Of a stretch of DNA of 43,006 nt, positions 30,166-39,752 are shown piece after piece. This DNA is from Actinomycetota bacterium (lineage in GTDB: Bacteria > Actinomycetota > Thermoleophilia > UBA2241): assembly GCA_036788155.1 (NCBI GenBank), contig DAIQNY010000002.1:1-43006 (forward strand). Reading direction: 5' to 3'. The notes beneath the pieces were generated by a model. The model worked only from the letters and a program-made list of their open reading frames with translations. It ran no database searches and was not told the origin of the DNA. The position numbers and the translations under genes are program-made. Position 1 is the stretch's first letter. Every line of letters starts with the position of its first letter.

Positions 30166-30949
30166 TCGGGCCTCCGCCTCCGGTTGCCGATGTCTCGAAT
30201 CCGTAGCTGCGCGTCTGCGGTCCTTGGTCCGTGCGCCACGCCGAGACGCGGCTGTCGACGTACACCTTGCGGAAGCCCTTGTGGCGCTCTGACAGCTTCG
30301 CGATGTGCCCGAGCATGCGGACGGGCCGAGTCATGGCCGAGCGACCGTGCTCGAGCCCGGCCTCACGGATGAACGCCGGCCAGACGCGGCCCAGGTACTC
30401 GACCTCGCACCGGGTCCAGTAGTCGAGGTCGCCGTAGTCGCGGCGACTGTCCCGGCTCAGGGTCACCTCAATGGACTCGACCCCGCCCTTGCGCGAGAGT
30501 GCGATGCGGAGGTCCGTGAGCTCCGCTGGGTCGATGGTCGTGTACTCGCCGTCCTTGGTCGCGAGGCGGACGCGGAGGGTGCGGAGGAGTTCGGGGTCGG
30601 GCTCCGGCGTGCCCCACGTCCAGTCGGTGGCCGGGAGGGCGGGTCCGACGTGGCCGCGGGTGCGGCTGGTGGGGAAGCCGAAGGTGCCCGACGCCGCGCC
30701 GGTGACCACTGCGTCACGGACGCGGCCGCTGGCGCTGCCCTCGAAGCCGAAGCGGCCGGGCCTCGGCGTCGGGATGCCGGTCGTGCCGGTGACGGTGCCG
30801 CTGAAGCCGAACTCACCCGAGGCCGCGCCACGGGTCAGCGTCACCGTCCGCCCGGCGCACGAGCCGCTGAAGCCGAACGTACCGGACGCGGCGCCGTGGA
30901 CGACGCTGCCGCTGGAGGGATGCGGAGTGAGGAGGGGGCCTAGCGGCAT
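30158..30949 (-). CDS. Minor tail protein (263 aa) with four N-terminal GAASGxFGF repeats; C-terminal part Dit-like by position
   Basis: GAASGTFGFSGS / GAASGEFGFSGT / GRFGFEGSASG / GAASGTFGFPTS read in the translation. Confidence 0.55.
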   Translation of the reverse strand: MPLGPLLTPHPSSGSVVHGAASGTFGFSGSCAGRTVTLTRGAASGEFGFSGTVTGTTGIPTPRPGRFGFEGSASGRVRDAVVTGAASGTFGFPTSRTRGHVGPALPATDWTWGTPEPDPELLRTLRVRLATKDGEYTTIDPAELTDLRIALSRKGGVESIEVTLSRDSRRDYGDLDYWTRCEVEYLGRVWPAFIREAGLEHGRSAMTRPVRMLGHIAKLSERHKGFRKVYVDSRVSAWRTDQGPQTRSYGFETSATGGGGPSD

Positions 30950-30953
30950 GGGC

Positions 30954-31676
30954 TCACCAGATGCCGCGCATGGGGGTCATGGACCGGTCGGCTGTGTCTC
31001 CCGCAGCGGGAGCGAATGCGGCCACTCCCATGAATCCGTACATGGACCCAGACCCGACCGCTGACTGGCTGATGTCCCCGGTGCTCGACGATGCCTCGCG
31101 AACGGCGTAGTCGACTCGGACGCGGGAGCCATCGAAAGCGGTATCCGGGTAGAGATTCGTCCATGTCGGATTGTCGGTGGCGAGCGCCGGTCCCGCCACC
31201 GACGTGATTCCCCCGCCGAACGTGAAGCCGGAGGCCACGATGAGCAGGCCTCCGCCTCCGGCCGGAGCAATGCCGCCGCTCAGCACGAGCGGCGACGTCT
31301 TGGCCGCGGCACGGGCTCGCGCATCGACGTCGAATCCAGAAAGACCGCTCACACCGACGATGACGACGCCCAGTCGCTTGTCCGCCGTACTGGCGGTGAA
31401 GGTGAAGTTGCTCGCAGCCGCGTCCGCCGCGTCCGCCACTTTGTAGAAGAGCGCCCAACGGTTGTACGTCGCAACGTCGAAGAATGGGTCCCCGTTCAGC
31501 ACGGTCCCGGCCGTCCACCCGGACGGCGTGTTGAACGTCGGGTAGCTGTGCCGTGAGCAGAACACGAGCGCCACCAGACGGTCTCCAGCGGTAAGCCCGG
31601 TCGGCTTGTCCACAGTCACTGACGACGCCGCTGCGGCAGTCCATGCGCTTTGGGTTCCATAGGGGGCAACGGTCAC
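30954..31676 (-). CDS. Minor tail/host-recognition candidate (240 aa)
   Basis: GTG 31676; Ser/Thr/Gly/Ala-rich beta-type composition. Confidence 0.5.
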   Translation of the reverse strand: MTVAPYGTQSAWTAAAASSVTVDKPTGLTAGDRLVALVFCSRHSYPTFNTPSGWTAGTVLNGDPFFDVATYNRWALFYKVADAADAAASNFTFTASTADKRLGVVIVGVSGLSGFDVDARARAAAKTSPLVLSGGIAPAGGGGLLIVASGFTFGGGITSVAGPALATDNPTWTNLYPDTAFDGSRVRVDYAVREASSSTGDISQSAVGSGSMYGFMGVAAFAPAAGDTADRSMTPMRGIW

Positions 31677-31680
31677 TGGC

Positions 31681-32331
31681 TTATTCCTCCCAGCCGTAGC
31701 CCCAGATGGACCCGGCCGCGCCTGCGCCCGACGTGTACTTGAGGACGTTGTCGGCCGCGCTCATGACCAGCGGAAACTCGTTCGACAGGTGCGCGTCCCA
31801 GCCGCCGTTCGCGGCCAGCGAGAGGACCGGGGACCAGGCGTTGCCGGATGCATCCGAGCCGTCGAACAGCTTGACCGTCCCGGCCGCGCTGGCGCTGATG
31901 ACGAGGTGCGCGAGGCAGAGCTTCTTACCGCTGGCCGGGGTGTAGACGGTGGCCGCCGTCTGCGACGCTGAGTAGGCGACCTGGAACTTGACCGGCGTCT
32001 TGCCGGTGGCGCGGTCCGCGACGTGCAGGCGGCCGTAGCGGTCGAACCATGCCCAGACCGCGTCGCCGTCAGCAGACACGGCAGACGGGGCCACGGCGTA
32101 GGCACGGCCGCCGACCATGACGGGGTCCTGCGAGACCTCGTCATCCACGGTCTCGACGCCGAAGATGCCGCCGACCGGATTGACGGGGAGCCCGGCGCCG
32201 GGCACGACGTCGGTTGCCGAGTCGTCCGCGCCGAAGGCCAGCTTGACCTTCTGGTAGTGGACGCCCGACACGTCGTCGGACGCGAACTCGATGCCGGACG
32301 CGGACTCTTCCCAGGTGAAGTTGTCGGCCAT
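31681..32331 (-). CDS. Minor tail protein (216 aa)
   Basis: ATG 32331; compact beta-rich sequence. Confidence 0.5.
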   Translation of the reverse strand: MADNFTWEESASGIEFASDDVSGVHYQKVKLAFGADDSATDVVPGAGLPVNPVGGIFGVETVDDEVSQDPVMVGGRAYAVAPSAVSADGDAVWAWFDRYGRLHVADRATGKTPVKFQVAYSASQTAATVYTPASGKKLCLAHLVISASAAGTVKLFDGSDASGNAWSPVLSLAANGGWDAHLSNEFPLVMSAADNVLKYTSGAGAAGSIWGYGWEE

Positions 32332-32333
32332 GG

Positions 32334-32726
32334 CTACACCGCCTGCCTGACGAGCGAGCCGGCGTCGATGACGAAGGTCTGGCCGTTGGCGATGATGACG
32401 TCGTCGGTGAGATCCTCAGACCAGAGCCGGTTCCCAGCCGTGGAGGCGTCGAACGCGGCGACCTCGACGGCAGTGCCCCAGTCCTCAAGCGCCTCGTCCC
32501 AACTGATGTCGGCCGTGTTGGAGAGCTCGCCGGCGCCGTCGTTCGTCCAGCCGGTCTGCGCGAAGGCGACGCGGGCGTAGCCGTCACCAACGACCTCTGT
32601 GCCGGTGGCCGCTGGCGTCGATGCCACGGTCATGAGCGCGAGATAGATGGTCGCCGGTCCCTGGTAAGCGGTGCCGTTCGCTTCGGCAGTCGCCAGCAGG
32701 TCGGCGGCGTATTCAGAGAGTGGCAT
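32334..32726 (-). CDS. Small tail-associated protein (130 aa)
   Basis: ATG 32726. The pattern YLALMT...GTEV..DGYARV.F...W......NT..I.W......WG.V...A.FDA.TAGN.LW is recalled from conserved phage tail-region proteins. Confidence 0.5.
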   Translation of the reverse strand: MPLSEYAADLLATAEANGTAYQGPATIYLALMTVASTPAATGTEVVGDGYARVAFAQTGWTNDGAGELSNTADISWDEALEDWGTAVEVAAFDASTAGNRLWSEDLTDDVIIANGQTFVIDAGSLVRQAV

Positions 32727-32728
32727 GG

Positions 32729-33979
32729 TTAAGCCTCCGGTGTCGGGACCCAGTGGTCAAAGAGCGGTGTGTGCTCGAGCTCCAGCGTCACGTCGGGCCG
32801 CCTGAGAGCGCCGTTCGCGTCGATGGCGGCGACGAGCAGGCGGCAGGCGCCGACGCCCTCGAGGCCGGGACCGGATGCATAGCGCCGCGCGCTCCGCCAG
32901 GCGCCGGAGCTGAGCTGCATCGACGTGTCCAGCCATTCGGAGACGACCTTGGCCACCTCCGCCGCCGTGCAGTGGAAGTAGAAGGGGGAGCCGAGGTCGA
33001 GCGGCACGGCAAGCACCCAGTCGACCAGGATGCCGTTCGCTGCCTCGCGGCACTTGCCGACGATGCGCGGCGGCGTGTACCCGTCGCTGGCCCAGTCGCC
33101 AAGCCGCAGGAACCGCCAGTCGTTATCGGTGAGCGCCACCGCCGGCGTCGCCTGTATGTTCGTCTCCCGCGCCTGCGCGAGCCAGCCCTTTCCGCCGGTC
33201 TGGATGCGGCACCGGGCGACGTAGGAGTACCGGCCCACGGGCTGCACCTTTCCGGGCCAGTAGAGGGCGCGGTAAGTCGTGTCAGTGCAGATCCTCACGT
33301 TGTCGTCGCCGGTCTCGTGCCCGGACGTCGCCGTGTAGGTGCCCCAGTTCGGGCCCGTCGCGGTCTTCGCCAGCATGAAGATGTCCGCGAGCTCGACGTC
33401 TGGGGGGATGAGCGCGGCCATGAAGGTCTGCAGGCCGGAGCCGGTAAAGCCGCGGGTCGCGGTCAGCTTGAGCTCGGCGGGGCGGGAGCCGGAGACGGTG
33501 AAGTCGACCGTGGCCGGGGTGTCTGCTTCCGTGGCGATGGTCCGGGAGACGGACTCGCCCTCCACCCAGGGCGCCACCGAGAGCGTCACCGGCACGTAGA
33601 GGATGCCGCCCTTGTCGAAGATGCGCGTGAAGGGGACGCGGGGCACCTGATTGCGTGCGACCCGCCACGTGTTCGCGACGGAGCTGCCGCGGCGCGTGAT
33701 CACCAGCGTGTTCGCTCCCTTGGCGAGCTCCACCGAGAGGTTGTGCTGCAGGCGCACGGCGCACTCGCGGGCGTTCTCCTCAAGGCTCGTGACGCCACGC
33801 AGCCTCACCGGCCAGGTCTGCTCACGCCAGCCGGTGACGTAGCTCATGGTGTCAGCGGGCTCGCGAGACAGCGGGCCGGCGACGGTGCCGAAGTCCTGCT
33901 GTGGGGCGCCGAGGTCGGGCTCGTCGTCGTAGAGCTGGAGGGTGAGGCTCCCAAGGGTGAAGGTGCCGGGGGTGCTCAT
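32729..33979 (-). CDS. Minor tail protein (416 aa) immediately after the tape measure
   Basis: ATGA overlap with the TMP stop. The position is typical of a distal tail protein, but no motif was recognised. Confidence 0.55.
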   Translation of the reverse strand: MSTPGTFTLGSLTLQLYDDEPDLGAPQQDFGTVAGPLSREPADTMSYVTGWREQTWPVRLRGVTSLEENARECAVRLQHNLSVELAKGANTLVITRRGSSVANTWRVARNQVPRVPFTRIFDKGGILYVPVTLSVAPWVEGESVSRTIATEADTPATVDFTVSGSRPAELKLTATRGFTGSGLQTFMAALIPPDVELADIFMLAKTATGPNWGTYTATSGHETGDDNVRICTDTTYRALYWPGKVQPVGRYSYVARCRIQTGGKGWLAQARETNIQATPAVALTDNDWRFLRLGDWASDGYTPPRIVGKCREAANGILVDWVLAVPLDLGSPFYFHCTAAEVAKVVSEWLDTSMQLSSGAWRSARRYASGPGLEGVGACRLLVAAIDANGALRRPDVTLELEHTPLFDHWVPTPEA

Positions 33980-36180
33980 GGGACCGCCAGGGCGTCGAGC
34001 ATGCGGGGGACGACCTTGTCTGTGAGGATGCGCTCGACGTCGCGCTCGGTGACGCTGCCCTCGAAGCGGGCGCCGGAGAAGTCGAAGGAGATGCCGCCCC
34101 CCGCCCCCAGCAGCGCCTTCACCTGCCGCTTGCCGATCACGTACGGCTCCGGCCCAGCCTCGCCGATGACGGCTTCAATCTCGCTGCGGGCAACGCCGAT
34201 GCCGCCGGCGGCAAACTTCTTCTTCGGCTTGCGCGCAGCCTTCTCAAGCTCGGCTGTGATGCGGTCACGCGCCGCCTTGTCGAGAGGAGCGTTGTCGGCG
34301 TTGTAGCCGAGCTTCGACGTGTAGCCGCCCGCGATGGCGTCGGCGAGGTTCGATGCCGCCTCGGCCCGGGCTGCGTCTGCCGCCTGCTGCGCCGTGAGCG
34401 GCTTGCCCATGACGGCCGCCTCGGTGCTGGCCCGCAGGAAGTCCGCCATGGTCTTGAACTGCGCCTCGGTGTTCTCCTTGACTGCGCCGGTCAGGCCCTC
34501 GACGGCGACGGTGTTCTGGTCGGAGGCAAGGGCGTCCTTCTCGGAGGCGGCCGCGGCCTGGTCGGTCTTCTGGAGCCCTTCGCGGTAGGCGGCGATGGTC
34601 TTCTCGTTGCCTGAGGCGTAGGTCTTGATGGCTGTGTTCAGCGCGGCGGCCGCTGCCTGATTACGCTCGCTCTTGAAGTAGATCCCGAGCGGCCCCTTCT
34701 GCAGGTCGCTCAGGCCGAGCTTGAAGTCGGCGTTGAAGTCGTCGAGCGCCTGCTTCAGATACTGGGGAAGCTCACGACCTGGGTTCTTCGCCTGCCACTC
34801 ACCGATGGCGCGGCCGAGGTTCTGCGCGCGTGCCTCCGCGGCAGCCTCGTTCTGACCTTCGGCGTTCCACCATTCCTTGAAGGCGCCAGCGGCCTCGATC
34901 ACGAGGTAGGTGGTCGTGACGGCGGCGGAGCCGATGGAGAGTGCGGCGCTGCCGACGCTCATCCCGCCCATGAAGTTGGATGCCGTGGTAGGCCGTGGCG
35001 CCGAGCCCATGCCGGAGTTGCCGGTGCCGACGACGCCAGGGACGGTGGTTCCGAGGCCGGTGACGCCAGCCCTCTGCGACTGGACGCCCCACGTTGCCGG
35101 GGCGGCAGCTGCAGCGCCAGAGACGCGCATCCCCGGGCCGCGTGACACCGTGGTGTTGTTCTTCTGCCAGGCGCGCGTGTTAGCCTCGACGGCCGTGGTC
35201 TGCGTCGTTACGGCCCTCGTCTCAGACTCGACGGCGGTCCTGTGCGCATGCACCTGCGGCAGCAGCCTCCCAAACGTCTGCCCCCATGCTCCGCTTAGCA
35301 TGTTCGCGATCTTCACCACACTGACAAAACCGCCGAGGGCCATGGTCACCGGAACGATTGCAGGGGCAAGCGGCTTCAGTAGGCGTAGACCGTCGCCGAG
35401 CAGTTCGACGAATGGGGTCATGGCCGGAACGACGTCGCGCGCCACGACCTCGGAGATGCCGCGCAGGGAGATCTTCAGTTCGGCCTGCGCCTTCGCAGCG
35501 GCGGCGTACTGCTCGACCGTCTTCTCATCCCAGACGAGGCCGGACTCCTCGATCAGCTTGTTCGTCTCGGCCATGGACTCAGCCGATTGGCTGAACCAGT
35601 TGCTCATAGAAAGGGCACCGCGGCCGAGGAGTTTGGTTGCCGTGCTAGTCCGCTCCAGTCCCGGGCCGAGTTCTGCAAGGGCGTCGCGCGTCGCGAAGAT
35701 GGCCTCTGAGTCGCTCATGGCGGCAAGTTCTGCAGCGGACAGCCCGAGAGTCGCGAACGACTTAGCGTACTGCTCGTTCCCCTGTCGCGCTTCAGTGATG
35801 GCCTTGGCTAGCGTCTTCGTCGCCATGCCGGCAGCCCCGGCCTCGACGCCGTACCGCTTCCACTGCGCCTCGAGCAGCGAGGCGCCGGCAGCGTCCATGC
35901 CAGTCGAGCGCATGATGGAGCGGATCTCCGAGCCACGCTTCTGGAAATCGTAGACGGACTTGGTGATGATGCCGAGCCCGACCGCGAAGCCCCCGGCGGC
36001 GACGTTCGCGGCCTTGTTCATGCTCTCGCCCCAGGCGCCGAAGGCGGTGGCCGTCTTCTTCGCCTGCGTCTCCGCCTTCTTGAGCGTGGTTGTCGTCTTC
36101 TTCTCGAGCGCGTCGACGGCGCGCACGGCTCCCTTGGAGTCGCCCGCGATGACCAGCCTGAGTGTCTCCGTCATGGACAC
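33976..36180 (-). CDS. Tail tape measure protein (734 aa)
   Basis: Ala/Gly/Lys-rich. N-terminal region similar to the TP901-type TMP core (GAWGESMNKAANVAAGGFAVGLG...LLGRGALSMSNWF). Lies directly after the chaperone-like ORFs. Confidence 0.85.
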   Translation of the reverse strand: MSMTETLRLVIAGDSKGAVRAVDALEKKTTTTLKKAETQAKKTATAFGAWGESMNKAANVAAGGFAVGLGIITKSVYDFQKRGSEIRSIMRSTGMDAAGASLLEAQWKRYGVEAGAAGMATKTLAKAITEARQGNEQYAKSFATLGLSAAELAAMSDSEAIFATRDALAELGPGLERTSTATKLLGRGALSMSNWFSQSAESMAETNKLIEESGLVWDEKTVEQYAAAAKAQAELKISLRGISEVVARDVVPAMTPFVELLGDGLRLLKPLAPAIVPVTMALGGFVSVVKIANMLSGAWGQTFGRLLPQVHAHRTAVESETRAVTTQTTAVEANTRAWQKNNTTVSRGPGMRVSGAAAAAPATWGVQSQRAGVTGLGTTVPGVVGTGNSGMGSAPRPTTASNFMGGMSVGSAALSIGSAAVTTTYLVIEAAGAFKEWWNAEGQNEAAAEARAQNLGRAIGEWQAKNPGRELPQYLKQALDDFNADFKLGLSDLQKGPLGIYFKSERNQAAAAALNTAIKTYASGNEKTIAAYREGLQKTDQAAAASEKDALASDQNTVAVEGLTGAVKENTEAQFKTMADFLRASTEAAVMGKPLTAQQAADAARAEAASNLADAIAGGYTSKLGYNADNAPLDKAARDRITAELEKAARKPKKKFAAGGIGVARSEIEAVIGEAGPEPYVIGKRQVKALLGAGGGISFDFSGARFEGSVTERDVERILTDKVVPRMLDALAVP

Positions 36181-36190
36181 GTCGGCAGCC

Positions 36191-36556
36191 TCAGAACACC
36201 GTCAGTTCAAGGAGCGCGACCACGAACTCGCGGTCACGGTCGGGCAGGTCGCGGACGTGGACGTGGCCCTTCTTCGGGGTCATGGAGACCTTGGGCTCGA
36301 CGAACGCCTTGCAGAGCAGGACCTCGAGCGTCTTCTGGCGGATGTCGAAGTCGGGCGTGATGCCATGCTCGGCCGCGTTGCGGATCGCGGTCTCGACGTC
36401 CTTGGGAAACTGGCCGGTGCGCATCATCACGTACTTGGAAGGTGCGTGCAGGATGACGCGGGCACCGCTCGGAAGCTCTACCTCACGGTCGCGCTCGACT
36501 GGGTAGTCCTCAGCCTTGGTCGGTACGAAGGCCGGGGCCTCTTTCTCTTCGCTCAT
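36191..36556 (-). CDS. Tail assembly chaperone-like protein (121 aa)
   Basis: Position between tube protein and TMP. Own AGGGGAG SD and an ATG in ATGA overlap with the upstream ORF. Confidence 0.55.
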   Translation of the reverse strand: MSEEKEAPAFVPTKAEDYPVERDREVELPSGARVILHAPSKYVMMRTGQFPKDVETAIRNAAEHGITPDFDIRQKTLEVLLCKAFVEPKVSMTPKKGHVHVRDLPDRDREFVVALLELTVF

Positions 36557-36888
36557 CGCTTCTCCCCTTTGATCACCAGCAAGCTGGCGAACTCGTAATC
36601 ACAGGTGAACGCCAGCACCGGGTCCGTCACGCGCAGACGAACGCTCGGCGGCGTCCCGAACTTGGCGCAGACCTGTGCGAACGCCGGTGCTTCTTCGTCC
36701 TCGGCGAGCCCGGCAAGGCACCACTCAGCGATCCACTGCCGGTCCCCTTCGTCTAGGCGCTCCGGGTCCATGTCGTGCGCCCAGACGGCGTCCACGAGGG
36801 CCTCCACGGAGCCGCCGCCGAGCAGGACCGCGGCGAGGCGCGGCTTCTCAAGCTCGGCGACGGCACCCGATGGCAGGCGTTCGGTCAT
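36553..36888 (-). CDS. Tail assembly chaperone-like protein (111 aa, acidic)
   Basis: Position immediately after the major tail protein. Confidence 0.55.
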   Translation of the reverse strand: MTERLPSGAVAELEKPRLAAVLLGGGSVEALVDAVWAHDMDPERLDEGDRQWIAEWCLAGLAEDEEAPAFAQVCAKFGTPPSVRLRVTDPVLAFTCDYEFASLLVIKGEKR

Positions 36889-37859
36889 CCGCCGTAGGTC
36901 TCATACGCGCTCGTGGCGTTGACGAGCGTGATCGTGCAGAGCGTGTGGGTCGCCTCGTCGACGCGGGCCTCCCAGCCGAAGCGCGTCTCACGCCGGCGCA
37001 CGTTGGCGATGTCGTCGGGGTCCCAGGAGACGTGCTGGCAGCCGGGCATCTCGATCCACATGGCGCTCGTGCGGCCGGTCTGCCCGATTTTCTCACGGTG
37101 CGTCAGCTTGATGACGGCCGCGAACTGCCCGCCCTCGTGGAGCGCGTTGAGGTCGACCGTGGCGACGGTGCGCTTGTCGATGGTGCCGGCGACGGAGGGC
37201 AGCGAGTCCTCGTCGTTGCCGAACTGGATGGTGTCCGGGTAGTCGGAGACGACCGAGAAGCCCTTGTCGGTCTCGAGCCCGGCGGCGAGCGTGAAGTCGA
37301 AGCCCTTGGTGACCGCCGATTCGGTCAGCCACTCGAGCGTCATGTCGCCCTGCCGGAACGGCGTGGCGGCGTCGAACGTCGGGGTCAGCGACGGGTCCTC
37401 GATCTCGCCGCCGAAGAGGCCGACCAGCTCGAGGTCGCAGCCGAGTACGCCATCGTCGCCGAACTTGAAGGCGATGGACGAGAGGCCGGCCCCGGTCAGC
37501 TTCCAGAACTTGCCACCCGCGTCCTTGGCGATGATCTGCGCCGTCTTCGGCGTGTCCTCGGCGAAGTTGTACACCCACTTCGTGCAGCCCGCCGGCACGG
37601 CGGCCGAGTCGGGGTCGGTGACGGCCGCGCCGCCGGGGGTCTTGGTGACGTCACCGGCGAACAGCAGCAGGAAGAGGCCGAGGTCGGACGGCCGCGGGAA
37701 GACGCCGCTGACGGTCATCTTCGGCTCGTACTTGGCGACGCCGAGGTGCTTGGCGCGGCCGAGCACGCCGACCGTCTTGCCCTTCTCTTCGAGGAGCGTC
37801 AGCCCCTCGTCGAACTTGACGCTGTCCGCCTTCAGATAGAAGACGTTTGACGACCTCAT
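36885..37859 (-). CDS. Major tail (tube) protein (324 aa from ATG 37859)
   Basis: Position and size fit. Internal ATG 37859 has a GAGGG SD. The N-terminal 21 codons of the track ORF lack an SD. Confidence 0.7.
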   Translation of the reverse strand: MRSSNVFYLKADSVKFDEGLTLLEEKGKTVGVLGRAKHLGVAKYEPKMTVSGVFPRPSDLGLFLLLFAGDVTKTPGGAAVTDPDSAAVPAGCTKWVYNFAEDTPKTAQIIAKDAGGKFWKLTGAGLSSIAFKFGDDGVLGCDLELVGLFGGEIEDPSLTPTFDAATPFRQGDMTLEWLTESAVTKGFDFTLAAGLETDKGFSVVSDYPDTIQFGNDEDSLPSVAGTIDKRTVATVDLNALHEGGQFAAVIKLTHREKIGQTGRTSAMWIEMPGCQHVSWDPDDIANVRRRETRFGWEARVDEATHTLCTITLVNATSAYETYGG

Positions 37860-37925
37860 ATTGGTGCCGCCCTCAGCGTTCGGCAGCTCCTCAGCCGCCA
37901 TGCACACCCATGCTCCGGCCACGGG

Positions 37926-38174
37926 TCAGCCCTCCTTCTCGGCCGACTTGGCCGGATCGGTCTCGGTCTTGGTCTTGGCGTCCGGGTCTTCGATCTTGAC
38001 CTTGAGCCCGGCCCGCTCCAGCCGCCTGCGCAGCTCGGCCTCGCTCAGTCCGGTCGACTCGACGGGCACCGGCACCCCGTTCTGGTAACGGCCGGGGATG
38101 CCCAGCAGGGTGAACGGGCCGCCGGAGTGGTGGCCGCTCACGACGACACACTTGCTCACGTCTGCTCCTTTCAT
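37926..38174 (-). CDS. Small protein (82 aa; GTG 38159 with AAAGGAG SD is an alternative start)
   Basis: ATGA overlap with the upstream stop. Lys/Glu-rich C-terminus. Confidence 0.5.
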   Translation of the reverse strand: MKGADVSKCVVVSGHHSGGPFTLLGIPGRYQNGVPVPVESTGLSEAELRRRLERAGLKVKIEDPDAKTKTETDPAKSAEKEG

Positions 38175-38662
38175 GGGGACTCGTGGACGGTGACGGTGAA
38201 GACCACGGCGACGTCGCGCACGACGCCGGAATCGGTGGTCCACTTGCGCGCGAAGCCGCCGCCCTGATAGGCGACGGACCCGCAGGTAAGGCTGGTCTCT
38301 GGGGCGAGGATGGACTTCACGACGCGCATGTGGCGCAGGAGTTGCTTCTGCTGCTCGGCTGGTGTCGCGAAGTCGACCACGACCGCCACCTCGACCGGCA
38401 CAGTGACGGTGTACTCGTCGCCGAAGCGCGGTCCCTCGGCATCCTCCGGTCCGGGACTGATGACGACCAGCGGGTACTCATACGCGGTGAGCTCGTTCTG
38501 GTCGGCGGGGTCGAAGATGCGGTGGTAGGAGGTCGACGCCGGCGCCGCGATCGCGATACCGTCCGAGTAGGCTGCATTGACGGTCGTGACAGCCGCCGCG
38601 TACCCGGCCTTCAGCACGCTCTCGACCTCGTCCATGATGGCTTCAGCTCCGAGGAAGGCCAT
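38171..38662 (-). CDS. Neck/tail-terminator candidate (163 aa)
   Basis: Position between the morphogenesis protein and the tube gene. Confidence 0.45.
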   Translation of the reverse strand: MAFLGAEAIMDEVESVLKAGYAAAVTTVNAAYSDGIAIAAPASTSYHRIFDPADQNELTAYEYPLVVISPGPEDAEGPRFGDEYTVTVPVEVAVVVDFATPAEQQKQLLRHMRVVKSILAPETSLTCGSVAYQGGGFARKWTTDSGVVRDVAVVFTVTVHESP

Positions 38663-39240
38663 CAGGTGCCCCGCAGGTCGATGTTCTGGACGGAGCCGGT
38701 GACGCCGCCTGCGCGCACCGATGAGGCGACGCCGGAGCCGCCGGAGCCGAACGCTGCGCGCTCCTCGGCGACGAGCCAGGTATGCACGACCTTCTGGTAC
38801 TGGCGCCCGTGCCTCGCCTGAAGCCGTATCACCTTACGCACGTAGTCGAAGAACTCGCCGTAGGGGGCCGCCTCCGAGGAGGTGCTCATGCCGAAGTCGG
38901 CGCGCGTCTTGGTGATGTGCTCGGAGTAGCCGCCGCCGCCCGTCATGGAGGCGCGCAACTTGCCTGTGAGCACGCCGACCTTGCGGCCGAAGCCGTGCTC
39001 GGCCTTCCACGCCGCATAGGCGGGCTCGTTCTTCGCCCACGCCTTGCCGCCAGCGCGGCCTTCGGTCTCGAACTGCTCGCCCATCTGACGCTTGAAGAGC
39101 TCCGAGGCGGCCTGGAACATGCCGGACCAGTCGCTGATGCCCTTGGTGAAACGGGACACGCGGAAGTTGAACTCCTTGAGCGGCGGGTCAACGCGGAAGT
39201 CGAACTCGACGCCTGCCTTCTGCCGGCGGACCTTGGCCAT
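38662..39240 (-). CDS. Virion morphogenesis protein, Mu gpG-like
   Basis: FETEGRAGGKAWAKNEPAYAAWK...KVGVLTGKLRASM fits the phage virion morphogenesis family pattern. Confidence 0.6.
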   Translation of the reverse strand: MAKVRRQKAGVEFDFRVDPPLKEFNFRVSRFTKGISDWSGMFQAASELFKRQMGEQFETEGRAGGKAWAKNEPAYAAWKAEHGFGRKVGVLTGKLRASMTGGGGYSEHITKTRADFGMSTSSEAAPYGEFFDYVRKVIRLQARHGRQYQKVVHTWLVAEERAAFGSGGSGVASSVRAGGVTGSVQNIDLRGT

Positions 39241-39677
39241 CAGAACTGCGCCTCCTCGGGCGGCCAGGTCTCCGGCATGCCGTAGGCGAAGGAGCCGCTC
39301 TCGTCCTCCGTGGTCATGTCGAGCGCGAGCCCGCCGGCGTCGATGAAGGCGAGCCCGGCATGGTAGTCCTCGCGCAGGTTGGCCACGAGGTCGTCGTCCT
39401 TGCTGGTCGGCATCGCCTTGCCGATGCGCGCCGCGGTCCCGTTCATGGCGATGGTCTTGAGGCTGGCCAGCGCATCGGAGTCGGTGGGCTGCACGGCGTA
39501 GCCCTTGCCGCGCAGGTGCATGTCGATCTCAGCGGTGACGGACGCGAGGATGGCGGCGCCCTGCGTCGCCGTCGGCTTGGTCGCCGTGACGGCGGGCGGA
39601 CCTGTCGCCGCATCACGCAGCGTCGGGCCGCCGGGCAGCAAGGAACAGGCTTCGGCGAGCGTGCAGTATTCAGCCAA
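39240..39677 (-). CDS. Head-tail adaptor, Mu gp36/DUF1320-like
   Basis: TTG 39677 with GGAGGTG SD. N-terminus AEYCTLAEA resembles the DUF1320 start. Confidence 0.55.
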   Translation of the reverse strand: MAEYCTLAEACSLLPGGPTLRDAATGPPAVTATKPTATQGAAILASVTAEIDMHLRGKGYAVQPTDSDALASLKTIAMNGTAARIGKAMPTSKDDDLVANLREDYHAGLAFIDAGGLALDMTTEDESGSFAYGMPETWPPEEAQF

Positions 39678-39752
39678 GGGGCACCTCCATGCGTGCTCTC
39701 TCCGGCCCGTGTGAACGGGTCAGAGACAACCGGGAGGCTGTGGGGGTGGTGG

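Noticed and set aside
36553-36600. Programmed -1 frameshift joining the two tail-chaperone-like ORFs (G/GT-type).
   Set aside because: The downstream frame is open for only about 14 codons before its ATG. That window contains no canonical X XXY YYZ heptamer (AAAGGGG is in the wrong phase). The second ORF has its own SD and ATG. Frameshifting cannot be excluded experimentally, but it is not supported by the sequence.
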